A DNA stretch of 64,000 nt from Desulfurococcaceae archaeon (GCA_038816475.1 JAWBAI010000001.1:96001-160000), one strand, 5' to 3'; shown: positions 29,845 through 39,639, counted from the first letter of the stretch. Notes: a model not told the origin generated them from the sequence alone. Translations and numbers: made by a program.

Positions 29845-31400
29845 ACTTCGTACTGCGCTCTTAAAACTTCGTTTACACGGTCTCCTAGGTGGATTCTATC
29901 CCATGGGAGTTCTTCATCTATGTTGTAGCCTGTAAACACGTATTTGAAGTTTACGACAAGCTCGCGCACAGCACGTCTCCAACCTGCAAGTCCACCACCG
30001 TGCTGAGCCCACTTGACTATGAACTCTCCCAGGGGCTCTTTGGATAAGGATAGTTGTGCTTGAACTATTGCCCAATCAACATCGTACGCTCTGTAGTCAA
30101 CATGGGATCCGAGCTTACTTCTGTACTCTCTGAGAATGCTCATAAGCTCTTCGCGGCTCATCATACCAATATACTGGAATATTGTTCTAGGCTTCGGAAC
30201 AAGGGGGTTGAGTGTGATACTTACTCTACGACCTAGCGATTTTGCCAGCTTAAGAAGATTGTTCATGACAGTTACATTCTCGGATATGACATTGCTCGAC
30301 TCTAATCCCTTAAACCCGTAGACAATGTAAAGCTTTAAGTTAAACCCTTTCCTGAGTAGTTCTTCTATCAAGTCTAGAACGTAACCCAGAACCCCTGGAT
30401 ACTTGAATATAGAACGCTGAATAATGCTTGAAAACGACTCTGGTGCTATAGTGAGAGATCTTTGTCCAAGTTGCTTAATTGTGTCAAGGGCTTTCAAGAG
30501 CAACGGGGTCAACCTAATGGACGGAAGCGATGCTTTAAAACCTTCGTGAGCCAGATACTCAAGAAGCTTAAGGTTATTATTGCTTACTGGAAACGCTAAA
30601 GAGTAAAGCACAAGTCGCTTACCACTAACAGAGTGGGCTACACCTTCCTCAATTATCTTGACCAGTTTAGTATATGATCTTTCGCGGTAGGGTTGAAAAG
30701 CCCTTGTCTCTATGCAAAAGGAACACCAGTAGGGGCATCCTCTTGAAACTTCCAGCTTAAACCCTCTTCCGTATATAGGTTCAACGGAGAGGTTTTCGAC
30801 CTGGCGTATTGGATAAAACGCTGAGTCAAGATCTGGAACATACTTCTTTTCGACATGCTTATCCTCATACATGGAAACGTACGTGTACCTTAGCTGAGAA
30901 ACAGCTTCCAGGAAACTTTTCTTGCTATCTCCGTACTGCAACCACAAGTTAACGATCTCAGGTAGTGTAACCTCGGCTTCTCCAACAACGCATACGTCTA
31001 TGATATCACTAAAGGGTACAGGGTTTTCAATACACACGGGTCCTCCAGCTACAACTACATGTTTTTCTCTACCCTTAGATAGAACACCTATTCCAGAAGC
31101 TAGGAGAATTCTGGCGAGATTAACAATATCTGGTTCGTAGTGCAGAGATGTAAGTATTAGCTTGAAATCTCTCAGCGGACTTCCTGTTTCAAGGCTTTTC
31201 GGAGGATCTTCGGGTCCATAAAGCCTAGAGCACGAGAACCTCTCAACGTACACCTCCTCTATGGAGTTTAGCATTGAGTACACGATGTCAGGGGCTAAAC
31301 TCGAGATCATCGCTTTGTACAAACTTGGGTAAACATATGCTACTCTAGCACTAACCCTACTGATGTTCTTACGAAACACGTTTACTTCCATGATCAGCAT
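29796..31400 (-). CDS. Radical SAM protein with N-terminal B12-binding-like domain
   Basis: AGGP..ENP, VGEAE, EVSRGCPYWCSFC, LPWD. Confidence 0.85.
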   Translation of the reverse strand: MLIMEVNVFRKNISRVSARVAYVYPSLYKAMISSLAPDIVYSMLNSIEEVYVERFSCSRLYGPEDPPKSLETGSPLRDFKLILTSLHYEPDIVNLARILLASGIGVLSKGREKHVVVAGGPVCIENPVPFSDIIDVCVVGEAEVTLPEIVNLWLQYGDSKKSFLEAVSQLRYTYVSMYEDKHVEKKYVPDLDSAFYPIRQVENLSVEPIYGRGFKLEVSRGCPYWCSFCIETRAFQPYRERSYTKLVKIIEEGVAHSVSGKRLVLYSLAFPVSNNNLKLLEYLAHEGFKASLPSIRLTPLLLKALDTIKQLGQRSLTIAPESFSSIIQRSIFKYPGVLGYVLDLIEELLRKGFNLKLYIVYGFKGLESSNVISENVTVMNNLLKLAKSLGRRVSITLNPLVPKPRTIFQYIGMMSREELMSILREYRSKLGSHVDYRAYDVDWAIVQAQLSLSKEPLGEFIVKWAQHGGGLAGWRRAVRELVVNFKYVFTGYNIDEELPWDRIHLGDRVNEVLRAQYEVYKKLSTLSTGLYAIP

Positions 31401-31444
31401 CTACCTGTATAAACACTTATATACCCTACATACTTATACAGGTC

Positions 31445-32674
31445 ATGGGATTTGCTTTGGTGGACTACTCTAAGTTCTACAGTAATCTAGCGCGAGCTAT
31501 TAAGGCATCAGAGATAAGAGAACTACTAGCCGTTATTAGCAGGAGAAGAGACATAATAAGTTTTGCTGGAGGAATACCAGATCCTGCTCTTTTTCCCAGA
31601 AAAGAACTAGCCGAGATCGCAAAAGAAATTATCGAGGTTTACGGTGATCAGGCTTTACAGTACAGTGAAACAAAAGGTGTACTTGCGGTTAGAGAGGAAA
31701 TTTGCAAATACATGAAGACCAGAAAACACTTCAACTGCGATCCAGAGGATCTGATTATCACAGCAGGTAGTCAATCAGCGCTAGACATTGTTGCTAGAAC
31801 CCTGATCAACCCGGGAGATATTGTTATAACTGAGAATCCAACGTATCTAGCAGCAATTGGTGCATTCAAGAATGCTGGCGCCAGACTTGTGGGAATACCG
31901 GTGGACGACAACGGCATGAAGACCCATGTCTTAGAGGAAAAGCTTAGAAGTTTTTCAACCGAGGAAAGAAGTAAACTGAAATTCATATACACAGTACCTA
32001 TTGCTCAAAACCCAGCTGGAGTGTCTATGAGCTACGATAGGAAAAAGCATCTTCTGGAGATAGCATCAAAGTACGATCTTCTCGTAGTAGAGGATGACCC
32101 TTACAGTTACCTAATTTTCGAAGAGGGTGTTGACAAAACTAATCTGAAAGCTCTAGATAGTGAGAACAGAGTTCTGTACATGAGTACTATTAGTAAAATC
32201 TTAGCTCCAGGTCTCAGAATAGGCTGGGTAGTAGCTGGTCATGAGCTATCCAGGAAAATTGAGTTACTAAAGCAGTACGTTGACTTACACACGTCAACTT
32301 TAACTCAGTTCATTGTAGGTGAAGCTATCAGAAGAGGAGTTGTTGATCAGGTTATAAGTAGGGCCTTAATTCACTATAAGGCTAAGAGAGATACGATGTT
32401 GAAGGCCATTGGGGAAAACTTCCCAGATTATACATGGTACTCTAAACCGGTTGGAGGATTGTTCATATTTGTTTATGTATACAAACAGGGTTTCAACGCA
32501 GGGGTTTTGCTAAGTAAGGCTATTGACGAGTACAAGGTAGCATACGTACCAGGTGGAAGCTTTCACGTTGATGGAACAGGGGAGAACAGTATGAGGTTAA
32601 ACTTTAGTTACCCATCGCATGAGCAAATAGTTCTAGGTATATCGAGGATCGCAAAGCTAATAAAGGAAGCTTAG
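31445..32674 (+). CDS. PLP aminotransferase class I/II (aromatic/2-aminoadipate type)
   Basis: SFAGGIP, QNPAG, EDDPY, SKILAPGLRIGW, RLNFS. Confidence 0.92.
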   Translation: MGFALVDYSKFYSNLARAIKASEIRELLAVISRRRDIISFAGGIPDPALFPRKELAEIAKEIIEVYGDQALQYSETKGVLAVREEICKYMKTRKHFNCDPEDLIITAGSQSALDIVARTLINPGDIVITENPTYLAAIGAFKNAGARLVGIPVDDNGMKTHVLEEKLRSFSTEERSKLKFIYTVPIAQNPAGVSMSYDRKKHLLEIASKYDLLVVEDDPYSYLIFEEGVDKTNLKALDSENRVLYMSTISKILAPGLRIGWVVAGHELSRKIELLKQYVDLHTSTLTQFIVGEAIRRGVVDQVISRALIHYKAKRDTMLKAIGENFPDYTWYSKPVGGLFIFVYVYKQGFNAGVLLSKAIDEYKVAYVPGGSFHVDGTGENSMRLNFSYPSHEQIVLGISRIAKLIKEA

Positions 32675-33564
32675 CTCTTCAGAGAGATCACTGTACCTAG
32701 TCCTCGCGGAGGTATAAGTCCAACGGTTTTTTCAACATCTTGAACGTCGATTACTTTGATAACTTTCTCTAGTTCTCTTAGGACGTTTTTCACGTGTTCA
32801 GCATTGTAGTTGTTGCTTTTCCACAGGAATGTGACTTTGATGGAACCTTTCCTACCTGATGGTATAGGTATCCATCTGGTAAGCGACAAGGGTGTGACAA
32901 TAACATGATGCACTTCTGTTGTTGAAAGTAGTGTGTACTTGGAAAAAGCATTGGTACTCGTCAACACAAGAGTACGCCATCTGCTACTAAGGCTTCCAGT
33001 GTGCTTGTAAACTTGGAAATCGAACATTAGTGCTCTACGAAGTCCTTCTTCGCAGTAGAACACTGGTTCAACCCCTATTTTCCTCAGCATTAACCCGGTT
33101 GCTACTCCAATGAGACCGCATCCCTCTATCAAAACGGGCTCTTCGCAGAGAGATGCCACTTCGGAGACATGTTTAACTAACGGTTTCAGCGAATCAAAAG
33201 GGGTGTACTGAATTAGCTCCTCGTCAAGATAGGAAGAAGTTAGACTTGCGTAGCTGGATAGTAATCCGTGAATATCTACACCTAGGATACCCTTATCCCC
33301 CAGCGGTGTTACACTATAGACTTTACCCGTATACTCGGTTGGACCGTCGAACACTTCTATGACTTTAACAATCCCCACCGAACCTAGAATCGTTGGCTTC
33401 GCTAACGGTACAACACCGTTCACAATACCGCGCTCTAAGTCCCCTATGTACACGTACATCGGTTTAACGAGAATGTTCTCGTGAACAGGTACCACGGGGT
33501 ATTCAACTACCTCTACTCGACCACTGTAAACCAGGGCTTTCTGCTTCAACAGTAAAACACCCAT
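32671..33564 (-). CDS. Divergent medium-chain dehydrogenase (GroES-like) protein
   Basis: KALVY, PTILG, GCGLIG Rossmann motif; Zn ligands not evident. Confidence 0.65.
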   Translation of the reverse strand: MGVLLLKQKALVYSGRVEVVEYPVVPVHENILVKPMYVYIGDLERGIVNGVVPLAKPTILGSVGIVKVIEVFDGPTEYTGKVYSVTPLGDKGILGVDIHGLLSSYASLTSSYLDEELIQYTPFDSLKPLVKHVSEVASLCEEPVLIEGCGLIGVATGLMLRKIGVEPVFYCEEGLRRALMFDFQVYKHTGSLSSRWRTLVLTSTNAFSKYTLLSTTEVHHVIVTPLSLTRWIPIPSGRKGSIKVTFLWKSNNYNAEHVKNVLRELEKVIKVIDVQDVEKTVGLIPPRGLGTVISLKS

Positions 33565-33640
33565 TTGTGGTGAGAGTATAGTACTTCAAAATTTAATAAT
33601 GAGGATTCCTAAACTAAAGTCTCCAGGCTAGAGGTGTTTA

Positions 33641-33988
33641 TTGTTGAGTGGGGAACCGGAGAAAAAAGAGTTTCCAATTCACTGGATAAGCAAGGATGCT
33701 AGGTACAAAGTAATAGAGTTCATGCTGTCCACTAGAAGTGTGACAGAGCTTGCTAGGCAACTAGGTGTTTCACCAACAGCCGTTAGAAAATACATTAAAA
33801 GGCTGTCACATCCTAGCGATGAAGTGTTTGAAAGAGCTATAAAGTCCCTTGCACCCTACGAGATGGAGCCAATACTGGAAATAATAACCGATGACTTAGC
33901 TACCGCTATACGCAAGCTCTATGCAGCTGTGGATGATAACTACAAGGAAACAATAAGAAGAAAGCTGAGAGAAATAATTGGGTTGTAG
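33641..33988 (+). CDS. HTH (Xre-like) DNA-binding protein
   Basis: SVTELARQLGVSPTAVRKY..HPSD. Confidence 0.8.
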   Translation: MLSGEPEKKEFPIHWISKDARYKVIEFMLSTRSVTELARQLGVSPTAVRKYIKRLSHPSDEVFERAIKSLAPYEMEPILEIITDDLATAIRKLYAAVDDNYKETIRRKLREIIGL

Positions 33989-33990
33989 TT

Positions 33991-34368
33991 TTGTCTAGTG
34001 ATAAGCCTTTTTTATCGAGTAGCAAGATCATAGAAGACTACAAACTACTTTTAAAGTACATGGAGAAGTGTAGATTAACTGGAGCTGAGTGCGAGAAACT
34101 TCTTCCAACATCTCAGATTCTAGCTAAAATTAAAGCACTCATAGAATCACGTGTAGCAACCTTTGAAGATGTATTAGGCTTTGTTGAGAAGGAGTTCTAC
34201 AACGAGATAAACTGCGAGATCTGCGTAGACGCGTTCAAGGAAGTGTATGGTATTAGTGTTGACTGTGATAAGGCTAGAAGAGCTCTAATAGTGCAGATCA
34301 CTGGGTGGTTCATCGAAATACTGGATACACTCGGCTACGTTAAAATAAAGTACTCGTGGAAACCATAA
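33991..34368 (+). CDS. hypothetical protein
   Basis: 125-aa ORF 2 nt after the HTH gene. Confidence 0.65.
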   Translation: MSSDKPFLSSSKIIEDYKLLLKYMEKCRLTGAECEKLLPTSQILAKIKALIESRVATFEDVLGFVEKEFYNEINCEICVDAFKEVYGISVDCDKARRALIVQITGWFIEILDTLGYVKIKYSWKP

Positions 34369-34520
34369 AGCTAAAGTAGCACGTGTTATCCGCGTAATGT
34401 TATTCTGCAGTAAGTGTTGTTAGGTTACATTAATATCGATGGTAACCGAAAATACGGAGCATGGGAATGTACGTAGCGATATTATGTACTGAGTACTCTG
34501 GATTATATGGGTGTTCGTGA

Positions 34521-35516
34521 ATGAAAATTAGGACTAGCCATGTAGGTAGCTTTCCGCTCTCTTACTCAGAGGAGAACGTAGTTAGAGCATTGAAAGACAT
34601 GTGGAGTATAAACATAGATGCTCCTCCGTATCCTCAGTTGAGGAGTTTTATTGAAATTTACTTGAATCCCCTGGTATCTCAGGGGGTCTTACACAGAGTA
34701 AAAGACATCTTTGTTGCTGAAAAAAGCAAACTCGAGCTATCCAATGTTAGGTTTACCGGAATACCCGAGGCCGAGGTTACCATTAGGGTTGTCAAGAATA
34801 AGGGTTTAAAGTTTAAGTGGTTGAGAGCACCTGTTACTGGCGCTTTTACATTGGCTTCAAGAGTTTATCTTCATGAAGACTTTACAAAAGGGATTTCAGC
34901 AACAGCTTTAGCGGACAAAGGCTTAGTTAAGGAGTTTTTCGCCGCGTTTGTGAAGGAAGCTGTTAAATACTTATCCAACTTGGGTTACAACATAGTGTTC
35001 ATAGATGAACCATCGTTAACCCTTGTTGTTGGAAAGAAACGACTGCTGTTTGACTACAAAGAAGATGAAATAATAGAGGTTCTAGACGATGTTGGTAAAT
35101 CGACCAGTAGCGATGTAGGTATACATGTTTGTGGTTTGCTTCACCGCAGATTACTGGAGCTAATCGTACGAGTTCCCAGTATAAAGTACATCAGCATAGA
35201 GCTTCACGATACTCCCGAAAACTTTGAATTAATAGAGAAGAGTCTTCTCGAGCTCTACGATAAGGTATTGAGTCCAGGAATAGTTAGTTCCAAGAAGCCT
35301 GTTGTGGAAGACCTGAACGATGCATTGAATGTTCTAAGGGTGGCCTACGAGAGATCAGCGGGGAGAATAGACCTGGTATCGGGTGATTGCGGTTTCAGAG
35401 GTCTAAGGAGTTCTCTCGGGGATGAGGAACGCGAGTACAGTATTTCACTAGAGAAGCTAAGTGTTATTGCAAAAGCAGTTAGGCTTTTTGAGGAGACTAT
35501 CTCAAGGATGAGCTGA
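34521..35516 (+). CDS. Single-domain ('core') methionine synthase, MetE C-terminal type
   Basis: HVGSFP, PVTGAFTLA, IDEP, Zn ligands HVC, E, DCGF; 331 aa with no folate-binding half. Confidence 0.82.
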   Translation: MKIRTSHVGSFPLSYSEENVVRALKDMWSINIDAPPYPQLRSFIEIYLNPLVSQGVLHRVKDIFVAEKSKLELSNVRFTGIPEAEVTIRVVKNKGLKFKWLRAPVTGAFTLASRVYLHEDFTKGISATALADKGLVKEFFAAFVKEAVKYLSNLGYNIVFIDEPSLTLVVGKKRLLFDYKEDEIIEVLDDVGKSTSSDVGIHVCGLLHRRLLELIVRVPSIKYISIELHDTPENFELIEKSLLELYDKVLSPGIVSSKKPVVEDLNDALNVLRVAYERSAGRIDLVSGDCGFRGLRSSLGDEEREYSISLEKLSVIAKAVRLFEETISRMS

Positions 35517-35517
35517 A

Positions 35518-37359
35518 TTGCCAGTAGTTGAGCTTTATCCTGGCTACATTAGGGTAGAAGTCGAGAAAGGCTCTACACTGCTTCTAGCTGTGCAAAAAGC
35601 TGGCGTGCCCTTCACAAGCTACTGTGGCGGACTAGGCTCGTGTGGTAAATGCCGAGTTGTAGTGAGCAAGGGAGTTCAAAACTTAAATGCTCCAACTAGA
35701 GCAGAGTTAAGGTTTTTGAACCAGCAGGATCTCGAGAAGAACATTAGATTAGCGTGTCAAGCTAGGGTCTTTGGGGACTACGTACTGATTCGTATACCAG
35801 AGGAGTCAATGGCTGTATCGGGAGGAAGGCTTGTACCCGCAATCGCTTTGAGAGATGACCTGTACCCTCTTAACCCGGTTGTCAGAAAAATACATGTTGT
35901 GTTACCCCCACCAACCCTTGAAGACAATAGATCAGACCTTGATAGACTTACAGGTGCTGTTATCGAAAAAGGGATTGCAGTAAAAGAGCTACACGTTCCA
36001 TTAAAAATACTCCGTGAACTACCAGCTATCCTTAGAAGTAGTAACTGGAATGTGACAGTTGTTTTATACGGAGATGAAGTAATCACTGTAGAACCCGGAG
36101 ACACATCTAGCTACCTATACGGCGTTGCGGTTGACATAGGTACTTCTAAGATCATCGCTGAACTCGTGGACCTAAATAGTGGTGAAACACTTGCGCGAGA
36201 CTTCGTTGAAAACCCTCAACTGGTTTACGGTGCAGATGTTGTTTCCCGAGCTGTATACGCTCAGAGGAGTGCTGAGAACCTGGCTGAGCTACAACGAGTA
36301 GTCGTTAAAGCCATTAACAGTCTGGTGGATAAGCTTGCGGAGAAAAGTGGTGTGAATAAGAAGTACGTGTACGAAGTGGTAGTTGTAGGGAACTCTGTAA
36401 TGCTCCACTTGCTCTACGGCATACCCCCAGATCCTATCATACGATCTCCCTACGTACCTGTTGTTTCTCGCATTCAGAGTTATCGAGCCGAGGACTTAGG
36501 TCTTTCAATAAACCATCTGGGTTACGTATCTTCTCTTCCCATAGTCGGAGGCTTTGTTGGAGCCGATGCGGTAGCCGATATTCTCGCTACACAGATGCAC
36601 AGGAAAAGCGAGTTGTCTCTACTCATCGATATAGGCACAAACACTGAGGTTTTGCTTGGAAACTCCGAGCTGATACTTGCAGCATCAGCGCCTTCAGGAC
36701 CAGCGTTCGAGGGTGCTCACGTATCGCACGGTATGAAGGCTGTTCACGGAGCAATAGAGTCCGTTAGGATTAAGGGTTTAGACGTCGAGTACGAGACCAT
36801 TGGTGGAGTAAAACCTAGAGGAATATGTGGAACAGGGTTGGTGGATACTGTAGCCGAACTTTACAGAAACGGTATTATAGATCATCAAGGTAAGTTCATG
36901 GACGTTAAACACCCGAGGATTGTTAGAGAAAAGAACACTCTCAGATTCATTCTAGCATACGCCAAGGAAACGGCAACAGGAGAAGATATCTACGTTACAC
37001 CAAAAGACATAGAGGCTGTTCTGCTAGCGAAAGCGGCGATAAGGTCCGCGTGGACTCTTCTCATGAGAAAGCTCAATGTAAAAACCTCGGATATAACCTG
37101 GGTCTACGTTGCAGGTTCTTTTGGTACACGTTTAAACATTGACAACGCCATTGAAATAGGCTTGCTTCCCCGTATTGACACAGGTAGAGTAGTATTCGTG
37201 GGAGAATGCGCTATCGTAGGAGCGAAAATGGCTTTGAAATCCACCGAAGCTCGGAGAGAAGTAGAGGAGCTAGTGAAAACGAAAGTCAAGTATGTTGAGC
37301 TTTCAGCCGATCCAGAGTTTCGCAAGGAGTATCTTCGATCACTAGGACTCGGCGTGTAG
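35518..37359 (+). CDS. RACo-type ATP-dependent reductive activator of corrinoid proteins (2Fe-2S + ASKHA)
   Basis: CGGLGSCGKC..RLACQ ferredoxin; VDIGT, YGADVVSR, IDIGTNTE, GPAFEG, GICGTG, AGSFG. Confidence 0.92.
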   Translation: MPVVELYPGYIRVEVEKGSTLLLAVQKAGVPFTSYCGGLGSCGKCRVVVSKGVQNLNAPTRAELRFLNQQDLEKNIRLACQARVFGDYVLIRIPEESMAVSGGRLVPAIALRDDLYPLNPVVRKIHVVLPPPTLEDNRSDLDRLTGAVIEKGIAVKELHVPLKILRELPAILRSSNWNVTVVLYGDEVITVEPGDTSSYLYGVAVDIGTSKIIAELVDLNSGETLARDFVENPQLVYGADVVSRAVYAQRSAENLAELQRVVVKAINSLVDKLAEKSGVNKKYVYEVVVVGNSVMLHLLYGIPPDPIIRSPYVPVVSRIQSYRAEDLGLSINHLGYVSSLPIVGGFVGADAVADILATQMHRKSELSLLIDIGTNTEVLLGNSELILAASAPSGPAFEGAHVSHGMKAVHGAIESVRIKGLDVEYETIGGVKPRGICGTGLVDTVAELYRNGIIDHQGKFMDVKHPRIVREKNTLRFILAYAKETATGEDIYVTPKDIEAVLLAKAAIRSAWTLLMRKLNVKTSDITWVYVAGSFGTRLNIDNAIEIGLLPRIDTGRVVFVGECAIVGAKMALKSTEARREVEELVKTKVKYVELSADPEFRKEYLRSLGLGV

Positions 37360-37451
37360 AGTAAAAACATGGTGAAACACTTAGCTAATGTAATGGTGAA
37401 CAAAGGAGTTCCCATGAGTAAAGCAGACTGGTCTATATGGTTAAGAGAGTT

Positions 37452-38735
37452 CTAGTAGGAACCATATTTCAGCACGGCATTAATGTATGCTTTTACACTA
37501 GCTGGGTTTACATCTGCTGGAAGTTCTGCAACTCCAGGTGCTATCATGAACCCCCCTTCGGGTTTAATCTTCTGAAGGATGTTTTTAACGTACTCTTCGA
37601 CTTTCTCAGGAGACTGGTAGAATAAAGATGGTGGAATACCACCTGCAACAGCTGTATGACCCTTCAGCTTGTCCCATACGTTTTTAACAAAATCCCTTGG
37701 TCTTTCAAACCACGCTATACCCCAGCCCTTCGGTAGCTCGAGTATAGTGTCCACGTGAGGAGAGTGATCTCCCTCGAAGAAAACGAATCCCTTGTACCCT
37801 TTGCTCACCAGGGTTTCTATGATCTTCCTCAGGTAAGGCCAGTAGAACTCTACGTAGAGTTTAGGTGGCAACATCTCGTTCAAGTGTAGAGGAATGAAGA
37901 ACAGCGTTAAAGGTTGCATCGGTGGTATGGCTGTAGCAACTCTCAGTATGGCATTCATTAGTGCGTCACAAGATGCTTTGAAATCCTCAGGGTATCTTCT
38001 GATGTCCACCATAGCTCCTGTCGGGTGTCTGAGGAAATCTCCGATCAAGTCAGCTGGAACATAAGCGTTGGTTAATGGAATTAACGGATACCACTTAAGC
38101 TGTGATAGTATTTCAACCATGAAGCTAATTGTCCTCTGAACAGCTATTCCAGCTCTTATCAACATACCGTTCCAATGCGTAGTACCCGGTGTACCCAGCC
38201 CTGGACAAGCTCTCGGCAGGATCACGTTGTGTATGAACTCAACAGGGTTCTCAGCCAGCTTCTTATATTCATTCGGCTCCATGAACGCTCCTCCGACGAA
38301 CTGTGGATGCATGTGGTCGTCTAACTCTCTTCCAGGCCATTTGCTCCACTTGTCTCTTAGCACATCGTGTAGTGGACCGGAGATGAACCTTATGAGGTTG
38401 GAGAAGTCGGGGAAGTCGGAGAAGGCTACAGCCAGTATGAAGCCCTCGAGAAGGTAAGGAACGAAGATCAGTCCAAAGTCAGATGGATATTCAAGAGTGT
38501 ATTTCAAAACAGCATTCTTCGCTCTGGGAGTTAACTCGTAGGAGAGCTCGTACCACGTTAAACCTGTTTGAGTTATCATGAAATCTCCACTGGGTGCAAG
38601 AAGTGGTACCCTATCGGGTGTTCTAAGTTCAATTATATTCATAATTCTCGTTAGTTTTTCCTTGGCTACAACCTCTGGTTCTCTTCTATGCTCCTCCATC
38701 CATTTAGTCAAATGCTCGAACCGGGTACAGCTCAT
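37452..38735 (-). CDS. UroD-fold substrate:corrinoid methyltransferase (MT1-like)
   Basis: PDRVP, FIPLH..EM..P..Y.EFYWP, FFEGD, GGIP, GGFMIAPG, NVKAY-like C-terminus. Confidence 0.8.
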   Translation of the reverse strand: MSCTRFEHLTKWMEEHRREPEVVAKEKLTRIMNIIELRTPDRVPLLAPSGDFMITQTGLTWYELSYELTPRAKNAVLKYTLEYPSDFGLIFVPYLLEGFILAVAFSDFPDFSNLIRFISGPLHDVLRDKWSKWPGRELDDHMHPQFVGGAFMEPNEYKKLAENPVEFIHNVILPRACPGLGTPGTTHWNGMLIRAGIAVQRTISFMVEILSQLKWYPLIPLTNAYVPADLIGDFLRHPTGAMVDIRRYPEDFKASCDALMNAILRVATAIPPMQPLTLFFIPLHLNEMLPPKLYVEFYWPYLRKIIETLVSKGYKGFVFFEGDHSPHVDTILELPKGWGIAWFERPRDFVKNVWDKLKGHTAVAGGIPPSLFYQSPEKVEEYVKNILQKIKPEGGFMIAPGVAELPADVNPASVKAYINAVLKYGSY

Positions 38736-38739
38736 ATTT

Positions 38740-39393
38740 TTACCCCTTACGCTTGGATTTTTCTTCTACCCAGTTCAGCATTATCTTAATACCTTCTCCT
38801 GCGTCGTTAGCCCAAGCGTCTGCACCTACGTACTCGCAGATGTACTGATCCACTCTTCCTCCTCCAATGATCACCTTTATTCTTCTTCTGAGGCCAGCCT
38901 CTCTAATTGCATCAATGGTCTTTTTCATTGACTCTATTCCGCTTGTTAGTAAGCATGACAATCCCACTATATCTGGGTTGTGTTGCTTAATTGCCTCAAT
39001 AAACCTGTGAGGTGACACATCAACGCCAAGGTCTACTACCTCAAAGCCTGCAGCTTCAGCCAACGCTACTACGATGTTTTTGCCAATATCGTGTATATCT
39101 CCTTCAACGGTTCCAATAACGAGTTTACCTAAAACCTCCCTTGGTTTACCCAGTGTTTTCAGCTTTTCTCTAGCCATGCTAGAGATGGTTTTCATTATCT
39201 CAGCTGCCATAACCAAATCAGCAACGAAAAACTCTCCCTTTTCGTATTTTTCTCCAACAACTTCGGCAGCTCTCCTCAGATCCTCGAGGAGAAGACGCGG
39301 ATCCTCTACCTCTAACCGTCTCTTAGCCAATTCAATCGCTTTAACCTCATCGAGCTCGACAATGGCGTTCACAAGCTCTTCCGATAAACTCAT
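38740..39393 (-). CDS. Corrinoid (cobalamin-binding) methyl-carrier protein, MtaC-like
   Basis: Cap domain VGEKYEKGEFF, GTVEGDIHDIGKN (DxHxxG), DLGVDV, GLSCL, IIGG; ATG start at 39393. Confidence 0.93.
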   Translation of the reverse strand: MSLSEELVNAIVELDEVKAIELAKRRLEVEDPRLLLEDLRRAAEVVGEKYEKGEFFVADLVMAAEIMKTISSMAREKLKTLGKPREVLGKLVIGTVEGDIHDIGKNIVVALAEAAGFEVVDLGVDVSPHRFIEAIKQHNPDIVGLSCLLTSGIESMKKTIDAIREAGLRRRIKVIIGGGRVDQYICEYVGADAWANDAGEGIKIMLNWVEEKSKRKG

Positions 39394-39639
39394 ACAACCC
39401 ATCCTCAGACTACAAGCAATAGAATTCCCATGCTTAAAGCTTTTCTTTAAGAATGCAACCACTTAACTTAGCAGATTGTCCTAACCAATGGATAGCCGGT
39501 GAACCCAGCAATGTGTAGAGTACTGCATGATTAAACTACCTCGCACACATGTGAACAAGCGCCGTGCGCCTCGATTTGTGCTGAGCCATATTGGTCGATA
39601 TGTAACTGTGAAAGAATTCATAACACCTGGGGGACGGGT

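Noticed and set aside
39548-39600. C/D-like pattern (TCGA, GTGCTGA, TCGA)
   Set aside because: No acceptable C box or CTGA D box; too degenerate to call
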